Of a stretch of 64,000 nucleotides of DNA, positions 57,750 through 64,000 are shown in pieces (position 1 is the stretch's first letter; the number at the start of each line of letters is the position of its first letter). Location: positions 23 through 64,022 of the forward strand of contig CAJWCP010000002.1 of the NCBI GenBank assembly GCA_913031595.1. The letters run 5' to 3'. The notes below the pieces were generated by a model. It saw only the letters and a list, made by a program, of their open reading frames with translations. It was not told where the DNA came from and searched no databases. A program made the position numbers and the translations under genes. This DNA is from an uncultured Flavobacteriales bacterium. Its GTDB lineage: Bacteria > Bacteroidota > Bacteroidia > Flavobacteriales > BACL11.

Positions 57750-58839
57750 AATAATAATTAGTGGGGGAGGCACTGGGGGACATATTTTTCCTGCCATTTC
57801 TATTGCAAAAGCAATTGAGCGATATATAGATAATGTTGAATTCCTTTTTGTGGGAGCCAATGATAGAATGGAGATGGAAAAAGTTCCAGAAGCTGGATAT
57901 GATATAGAAGGGTTATGGATTAGTGGTTTTCAAAGAAGAGTTAGTTTTAGAAATTTGATTTTTCCTTTCAAATTAATAGGTAGTCTTTTAAAGTCTAAAC
58001 GAATTATAAGTAAATTCCAACCTGATTTAGTAATTGGCACTGGAGGTTATGCAAGTGGCCCTATATTATTTGTTGCTAGCAGAAAGAATATTCCTTCTTT
58101 AATTCAGGAACAAAATTCTTACCCTGGGATAACTAATAAGATCCTTTCTAGATATGTTACAAAGATTTGTGTTGCATATGAATATATGGAGCGTTTTTTT
58201 GCCCCTGAGAAGCTTATAATTACTGGAAATCCAATCAGAAAAGATATTTTAAATTTCAGAGATAAAAAAGATGCCGCGCATGATTTATTTTTAACTGACA
58301 AAAATAATCCTACTGTACTTGTTATTGGCGGAAGTTTAGGAGCGAGAAGTATTAATCGTGCAATATCAGAGCATATAAATTTATTTAGAGAACATAAAAT
58401 TAATTTAATTTGGCAGACAGGAGTTTCTTTTGAAGAATCAGCAAAAGAAACTGTTGCTAAATTAGGAGCTAAAGGAATTAGTTCATATAAATTTATAAAA
58501 GAAATGGATTTAGCTTATTCTGTAGCAGATATTATTGTTTCACGTGCGGGAGCAATTGCTATATCTGAACTTTGTTGTATAGGTAAACCAGTTATACTAG
58601 TTCCTTCTCCAAATGTTTCTGAAAATCACCAATATAAAAATGCACAATCATTAGTTAATAAGAATGCGGCATTACTTGTAGAAGATGTTAAAGCAAATCG
58701 TAAACTTGTAGATACTCTTATAGAGTTAATATATGATAAAGAAAAGCAAATAGATTTAAGTAAAAACATAAGAAATATTGCAATTAAAGATGCTGCAGAA
58801 AATATTGCAAAGATTGCAATTGATCTGATTAAGAGATGA
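57736..58839 (+). CDS. murG: UDP-N-acetylglucosamine--N-acetylmuramyl-(pentapeptide) pyrophosphoryl-undecaprenol GlcNAc transferase
   Basis: ISGGGTGGHIFPA N-terminus and GT28 layout. Confidence 0.95.
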   Translation: MKKYRIIISGGGTGGHIFPAISIAKAIERYIDNVEFLFVGANDRMEMEKVPEAGYDIEGLWISGFQRRVSFRNLIFPFKLIGSLLKSKRIISKFQPDLVIGTGGYASGPILFVASRKNIPSLIQEQNSYPGITNKILSRYVTKICVAYEYMERFFAPEKLIITGNPIRKDILNFRDKKDAAHDLFLTDKNNPTVLVIGGSLGARSINRAISEHINLFREHKINLIWQTGVSFEESAKETVAKLGAKGISSYKFIKEMDLAYSVADIIVSRAGAIAISELCCIGKPVILVPSPNVSENHQYKNAQSLVNKNAALLVEDVKANRKLVDTLIELIYDKEKQIDLSKNIRNIAIKDAAENIAKIAIDLIKR

Positions 58840-60233
58840 ATTTAGATTCATATAAATATATTTATTTTTTAGGTGTTGGAGGCATTGGAATGAGTGCTTT
58901 AGCTAGATATTTTAATTTAAAAGGAAAGATGGTTTTTGGTTATGATCAAGAAGAATCTTCTTTAACCAAAAAACTTCAATTAGAGGGGATAAATATTCAT
59001 TATACAGCTTCAGTAGATATGATACCTTCTGTAATTAGAGAATCAAATATTGATGACGTTTTAGTTATTTATACCCCAGCGGTACCGTATTCTAATGTAG
59101 AAATTCAATATTTTAATAAGAATAAGATACCTTTATATAAGAGGTCAAAAATTTTAGGGTTAATTAGTCAGCAATTTTTTACTATTGCGATTGCAGGAAC
59201 ACATGGTAAAACAACAACATCTGCAATTTTAGCTCATATATTAAAAGATTCTGGTAAAGAAATTACAGCATTTTTTGGAGGGGTCAGCACTAATTATCAC
59301 ACAAATGTATTATTATCTGCTCATAGTAATATCCTTGTTGTAGAAGCTGATGAATATGATTATTCATTTTTAGAACTAAAACCAGATGTAGCTATTATTA
59401 CATCTATTGATATTGATCATATGGATATTTATAATACTGAAGAAGAATTGCAATCTGCATTTATTCAGTTTTCTTCTCAAATAAAAGAAGATGGCTTGTT
59501 ACTTGTAGAGGAATCTATTGATCTTGATTTTCCAGTGCCTAAGAATGGAGAAAAACGGACTTATTCTGCAACTGTAAATGCTGATTATTATGCTGATAAT
59601 ATAAATATTAGAAATTATGAAGCAGTATTTGATTTGCTTTTCCACGATGTGATGCTGAATGAAACATGTGGTATTCAAAATAATATTAGATTGTCACTAC
59701 CTGGCACACATAATATAAGTAATTGTATTGCTGCTGCTGCTATTGGTCATTATCTTGGATTAAGTATGCAAGATATATTAAATTCTATTTCTAGTTTTAA
59801 GGGTATAGAAAGAAGGTTTGACTTTATTCTTAGAAATGAAAAATTAGTGTTTATTGATGACTATGCTCATCATCCTAAAGAATTAACTTCTACTATTCAG
59901 ACAGTGCAAGAAATTTTTCCAAAACGGAATCTTACAGTTGTTTTTCAACCTCATCTATATTCTAGAACATTAGAATTAAGTAAAGATTTTGCAGTTTCTT
60001 TATCATCAGCAGATCAATTAATTTTACTTGATATTTATCCTGCAAGAGAACATCCCATTAAAGGAGTTGATTCAAATATGTTGCTAGATTTATGTACTAA
60101 CTCAAAGAAAGAAGTTTGTAAAAAAGAAGAACTGTTAGATACATTAGCTTTAAGAGATTTAGACGTTTTACTTACTGTTGGAGCTGGAGATATTAGCTCT
60201 TTAGTTCAACCAATAAAACATATGCTGAACTAA
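58836..60233 (+). CDS. murC: UDP-N-acetylmuramate--L-alanine ligase
   Basis: FLGVGGIGMSALA N-terminus and P-loop GTHGKTTT. Confidence 0.95.
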   Translation: MNLDSYKYIYFLGVGGIGMSALARYFNLKGKMVFGYDQEESSLTKKLQLEGINIHYTASVDMIPSVIRESNIDDVLVIYTPAVPYSNVEIQYFNKNKIPLYKRSKILGLISQQFFTIAIAGTHGKTTTSAILAHILKDSGKEITAFFGGVSTNYHTNVLLSAHSNILVVEADEYDYSFLELKPDVAIITSIDIDHMDIYNTEEELQSAFIQFSSQIKEDGLLLVEESIDLDFPVPKNGEKRTYSATVNADYYADNINIRNYEAVFDLLFHDVMLNETCGIQNNIRLSLPGTHNISNCIAAAAIGHYLGLSMQDILNSISSFKGIERRFDFILRNEKLVFIDDYAHHPKELTSTIQTVQEIFPKRNLTVVFQPHLYSRTLELSKDFAVSLSSADQLILLDIYPAREHPIKGVDSNMLLDLCTNSKKEVCKKEELLDTLALRDLDVLLTVGAGDISSLVQPIKHMLN

Positions 60234-60952
60234 TGAAAAAGGTAATTTTTTTCTTAAAATCATCAATATTAGTTGCTTTCTTCATAGTAATACTATTTTT
60301 TGTTAATAATAAAATGTCCGAACAGTACATATCATTACAGAGTATTAATATTCAGCCTTCTGATGTGAGCTTTATTAATGAAAAAATGATATTAGAATAT
60401 ATGTTAGATGGTCAAATTATTTTTGATAGCTGTTTGGTAAAGAATTATGAATTAAAAACATTAGAAGCTCTTTTAGATTCTCATATTAACATTAAAAATG
60501 CAGAGGTTTTTATGGATTTAAAAGGAAAATTAAGTATTGATATTTTTCAAAGAGTGCCATTAGTTAGGATTATTACAAAGGATAAGAGTTATTATTTAGA
60601 TGATATAGCTAATGTAATGTCCACATCATCATTTTATACTCCTAGAGTATTAGTTGTAACTGGAGATATAGAGGAGAAGAATCACTTAGAGATATTTAAT
60701 TTTATTAATACAATTAATAAGAATGATTTTTGGAAATCACAATTTACACAGATACATTATCAAAATAATGAATATATATTAGTTCCATCTGTAGGGAATC
60801 ATAAGATTTATTTTGGTTTATTAGAAGATGTTAATCAAAAGTTAGATAATTTATATCATTTTTATAGAGAGGTGCTTCCTGCTAAAGGTTGGCAAACATA
60901 TTCTAATATAAATTTGAAATATCAAAATCAAATTGTTTGTACTAAAAACTAA
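60233..60952 (+). CDS. ftsQ: Cell division protein FtsQ-like
   Basis: 239 aa with a single N-terminal TM and a POTRA-like region, in the canonical position between murC and ftsA. Confidence 0.65.
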   Translation: MKKVIFFLKSSILVAFFIVILFFVNNKMSEQYISLQSINIQPSDVSFINEKMILEYMLDGQIIFDSCLVKNYELKTLEALLDSHINIKNAEVFMDLKGKLSIDIFQRVPLVRIITKDKSYYLDDIANVMSTSSFYTPRVLVVTGDIEEKNHLEIFNFINTINKNDFWKSQFTQIHYQNNEYILVPSVGNHKIYFGLLEDVNQKLDNLYHFYREVLPAKGWQTYSNINLKYQNQIVCTKN

Positions 60953-60956
60953 AAAA

Positions 60957-62246
60957 ATGGATGAAAAAAAAATAAATATAGGAGATTGTATTGTAGGTCT
61001 TGATATAGGTACTACAAAGATATCAATTATGATTGGTCGTAAGAATCAATATGGAAAGATAGATATATTAGCTCAAGGAAAAGCTGTTTCTATTGGAGTC
61101 TCTAGAGGTATTGTTGCAAATATTGACCAAACAGTAGAATCTATAAAGGAAGCTGTTCAAGAGGCAGAAACAATATCAGGTATAAAGATTCAAGAGGTAT
61201 TTGTAGGTATTGCAGGTCAGCATATAAAGAGTTTACAGCATAGAGGACAGATTGTCAGAGATAATATTGAAATTGAAATAACAAGAGAAGATATAGATAA
61301 GCTTAAATCTAATATGTTTAAATTGATTACTATCCCTGGTGAAGAGGTTATTCATGTTTTTCCTCAGGAGTATACTGTTGATGGGGAAGATGGAATTCAG
61401 GATCCAAAAGGAATGGCAGGAGTAAAGTTAGAAGCTAATTTTCATATTATTACCGCTCAAGTAGGAGCTGTTAAAAATATTATGAGATGTGTTGAGAAGG
61501 CAGGTTTAACACCTAAGGATTTAGTGTTGGAACCTTTAGCATCAGCTGTAGCAACGTTAGATGAAGATGAAAAAAGAGAAGGAGTTGCTTTAGTTGATAT
61601 TGGAGGAGGAACAACAGATGTTGCTATCTTTCTTGATAATATCATTAGACATACTGCAGTTATTCCTTTTGGGGGTAATGTTATTACGAAGGATATAAAA
61701 GCAGGCCTTCAGATTCTTGAAAAACAAGCAGAGTTGTTAAAGGTTAAATTTGGATCTGCTATGTATACTGAAGATCAAGAGAATGTTATGGTTTCAATTC
61801 CAGGATTAAGAGGTAGAGAACCAAAAGAGATTGCAGTTAAAAATCTTTCTGAGATTATTGGAGCAAGGATGAAAGAAATTATAGATTTAGTTTATCATGA
61901 AATTAAAGTTTCAGGCTATGAAAATAAATTAATGACAGGCATAGTGCTTACAGGAGGAGGATCTCAACTTAGGAATTTAAAGCAGTTAGTGGCTTTTATT
62001 ACAGGTAAAGAAACACGAATAGGTTATCCTAATGAACACTTAGGAAGTGAGTCGAAAGATATAGTGATTAGCCCTATGTATTCTACTGGAGTTGGCTTAG
62101 TGATGAAGGGGTTTGAATTATTAGAGCATGAAAATATACCAATAGAGGAAGAGCTGGCAGTAGAAGGAGAACTAGAAGTTGAAGTAGGAGGAGGATTAAT
62201 AGAAAAAATAAAAGACTGGTTTACAGAAGAAGAAACAAATTATTAA
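60957..62246 (+). CDS. ftsA: Cell division protein FtsA
   Basis: Actin-fold motifs GLDIGTTK and VDIGGGTTD. Start set to MDEKKINIG (60957). Confidence 0.95.
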   Translation: MDEKKINIGDCIVGLDIGTTKISIMIGRKNQYGKIDILAQGKAVSIGVSRGIVANIDQTVESIKEAVQEAETISGIKIQEVFVGIAGQHIKSLQHRGQIVRDNIEIEITREDIDKLKSNMFKLITIPGEEVIHVFPQEYTVDGEDGIQDPKGMAGVKLEANFHIITAQVGAVKNIMRCVEKAGLTPKDLVLEPLASAVATLDEDEKREGVALVDIGGGTTDVAIFLDNIIRHTAVIPFGGNVITKDIKAGLQILEKQAELLKVKFGSAMYTEDQENVMVSIPGLRGREPKEIAVKNLSEIIGARMKEIIDLVYHEIKVSGYENKLMTGIVLTGGGSQLRNLKQLVAFITGKETRIGYPNEHLGSESKDIVISPMYSTGVGLVMKGFELLEHENIPIEEELAVEGELEVEVGGGLIEKIKDWFTEEETNY

Positions 62247-62267
62247 TAAACATAAAAAACAAATAAA

Positions 62268-63926
62268 ATGAATGCAATTGATTTAGGAATTGATTTTCAG
62301 ATGCCAAAGAATCAGTCCTCACAAATAAAAGTAATGGGGATTGGAGGAGGAGGTAGTAATGCCGTAAATTATATGTTTGAGAATGGTATAAGTGGAGTAG
62401 ATTTTGTGGTATGCAATACAGATGCGCAAGCACTGGAGGCAAGCCCTGTCCCTATTAAAATTCAATTAGGGGCAACTCTTACAGAGGGTTTAGGTGCAGG
62501 GTCAAACCCAGAGATTGGTAAGAAAGCTGCAGAGGAAAGTGAAGATAAAATAATAGAACTATTAGATGCAAATACTAAGATGCTTTTTTTAACGGCAGGT
62601 ATGGGAGGTGGTACAGGTACAGGGGCAGCTCCTGTAATTGCTGAAATTGCTAGAGGAAAAGGTATTTTAACAGTTGGAGTAGTTACTAATCCTTTTTCTA
62701 CTGAAGGAGGGTTTAGAAAGAAATATGCTGAGGAGGGAGTAGCTGAACTCAAAAAATTTGTAGACACCTTATTGATTATTAATAATGATAAATTAATAGA
62801 GGTTTATGGAGATTTAACTTTTACGCAGGCTTTTGGAAAGGCTAATGAAATTCTCAACACAGCAACTAAAGGTATTGCTGAAGTTATTTCACAACATTTA
62901 TTGGTTAATATTGATCTTAATGATGCTCGTAAGGTTTTAGAAAATAGTGGAACAGCTGTAATGGGACAATGTGAGGCTGAAGGAGAAAATAGAGCTATTG
63001 AAGCTGTAATTGGAGCTTTAGATTCCCCACTTTTAAATGATAATGATATTATGGGTGCTCAGCAAGTTTTATTAAAGATTGTTACAGGTAAAGGAGAAGG
63101 AGAAATCAGAATGTCTGAACTTGCTAAGATTAAAACTAAAATACAGGAAGCGGCAGGACAGAATGTTAATATTATTGAGGGCATTGGGATAGACCCTGAC
63201 TTAGGAGATTCTGTTAGTATTACTGTTATTGCAACAGGTTTTGAGCAAAAGAAAAAACCAAAAAACCCTACTACTATTGTTTTAGGAGAAGATAATGATT
63301 TGGATACTATTATTGATGAAGAGAATGGACAAGAATCTAATCAACAAACATTACTTGATTTAAAAGATGAGTCTGCTGACTTAATGATCTCTCAGAAGAA
63401 CTCTGAGATTAATTCATCTCTTGAGGAAGAAAATCAAGTTAATAATGAGAAGATTATTTTTGAATTAGGTTCAGATGAAACATCTCTTAACCTTAATTCT
63501 CTTGATGAAGAGGCATTAGCTGTTTCAGATTTAGAAGATAATATTAATTCTCTTGATGAAGAGGTATTAGCTGTTTCAGATTTAGAAAAGAGTGTAAAAT
63601 TAGGCTCTATGTCATCTGATGAACAGAAAGAATCTAATGGTGAAAGTTTAAATACAATTGAAGGTGCTGATGTAAACTCTGATTCTATGAAAATAGAAGC
63701 AAGGGAAAGAGAATCTAGACTTCGAGAAATTTCACAACAACTACGAACGCCTTCTGGACTTACAGATTTAGAAGATGTCCCAGCTTATCAAAGAAATAAT
63801 ATTCAATTGGAAGAGTCAAATCATTCAGGAGAGGATGAAATTTCTACTTATACTTTAAATGAGGGGGATAAGAATAAAACAATAATTACTCGTAATAATT
63901 CATTTCTTCATGATAATGTAGATTAA
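62268..63926 (+). CDS. ftsZ: Cell division protein FtsZ with long acidic linker and Bacteroidetes-type C-terminal extension
   Basis: Tubulin signature GGGTGTGAAP. The long disordered linker contains a 17-aa tandem repeat. C-terminal peptide (D)VPAYQR followed by an extension ending NSFLHDNVD. Confidence 0.97.
   Translation: MNAIDLGIDFQMPKNQSSQIKVMGIGGGGSNAVNYMFENGISGVDFVVCNTDAQALEASPVPIKIQLGATLTEGLGAGSNPEIGKKAAEESEDKIIELLDANTKMLFLTAGMGGGTGTGAAPVIAEIARGKGILTVGVVTNPFSTEGGFRKKYAEEGVAELKKFVDTLLIINNDKLIEVYGDLTFTQAFGKANEILNTATKGIAEVISQHLLVNIDLNDARKVLENSGTAVMGQCEAEGENRAIEAVIGALDSPLLNDNDIMGAQQVLLKIVTGKGEGEIRMSELAKIKTKIQEAAGQNVNIIEGIGIDPDLGDSVSITVIATGFEQKKKPKNPTTIVLGEDNDLDTIIDEENGQESNQQTLLDLKDESADLMISQKNSEINSSLEEENQVNNEKIIFELGSDETSLNLNSLDEEALAVSDLEDNINSLDEEVLAVSDLEKSVKLGSMSSDEQKESNGESLNTIEGADVNSDSMKIEARERESRLREISQQLRTPSGLTDLEDVPAYQRNNIQLEESNHSGEDEISTYTLNEGDKNKTIITRNNSFLHDNVD
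63493..63587 (+). repeat. 51-nt-period tandem duplication inside the ftsZ linker
   Basis: The 44-nt cores at 63493-63536 and 63544-63587 are identical except for one C/T difference (63513 vs 63564). They encode NSLDEEALAVSDLE and NSLDEEVLAVSDLE. Confidence 0.85.
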
Positions 63927-63951
63927 CTCTTAAAAGAAAAGATTAATTTAT

Positions 63952-63983
63952 AAAAAACCCCGAATATTTATTCGGGGTTTTTT
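63952..63983 (+). terminator. Rho-independent terminator after ftsZ
   Basis: Reads AAAAACCCCGAATA-TT-TATTCGGGGTTTTTT, a GC-containing 9-bp stem followed by a T-run. Confidence 0.8.
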
Positions 63984-64000
63984 ATATAATGATATAATCT

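Noticed and set aside
1-64000. Looked for rRNA or tRNA genes, CRISPR arrays, IS elements, integrases, phage genes, toxin-antitoxin pairs and known defence genes.
   Set aside because: There are no GC-rich structured islands, no regularly spaced repeats and no transposase, integrase or nuclease-like ORFs. Every ORF longer than 100 aa that is not antisense to a better gene has a housekeeping-type identity.

Overview
AT-rich, very gene-dense chromosomal segment from a Bacteroidota bacterium of Flavobacteriia type. The assignment rests on gliding-motility genes (gldE/gldD, gldB/gldC), two M43 metalloproteases with T9SS C-terminal sorting domains, Bacteroidetes-type TAnnTTTG promoter boxes, no visible Shine-Dalgarno sequences, and a Bacteroidetes-style dcw cluster (mraZ-rsmH-ftsL-ftsI-murE-mraY-murD-ftsW-murG-murC-ftsQ-ftsA-ftsZ, about 48.8-63.9 kb). 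The rest is core housekeeping: mreB (partial), purH, mfd, PPi-PFK, lysC, mgtE, rsmA, Mla-like ABC pair, manC, fumC, arsC, prfB, recX, rng, HU, mutY, ssb, COX15, rplU-rpmA, serS, recQ, kpsF-tatC-lptB, purS, pssA, lnt, nadE and engB. I found no rRNA or tRNA genes, CRISPR arrays, transposases, integrases, prophage genes or recognisable defence genes. I found no convincing novel multi-gene system, so this reads as an ordinary core region of a streamlined genome. The leads worth a second look are small-scale. (1) An unlisted 29-codon ultra-basic ORF between hup and rng resembles ribosomal protein bS22. (2) TAnnTTTG boxes sit 5-9 nt before start codons at many genes, implying leaderless mRNAs and correcting several longest-ORF starts. 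(3) A 10-bp-phased GTGG triple repeat upstream of mraZ looks like the MraZ operator. (4) A promoter-proximal 42-codon Cys-containing lipoprotein ORF lies upstream of a two-fold-repeat PGCG-motif permease. (5) A tandem M43/T9SS protease pair includes one member carrying two copies of an unnamed 28-aa four-Cys module. (6) A G9 tract lies in the recQ Walker A codons. (7) Stop codons of convergent genes abut or overlap at nearly every convergent junction. All functional calls are by-eye motif and family recognition; no database search was run.
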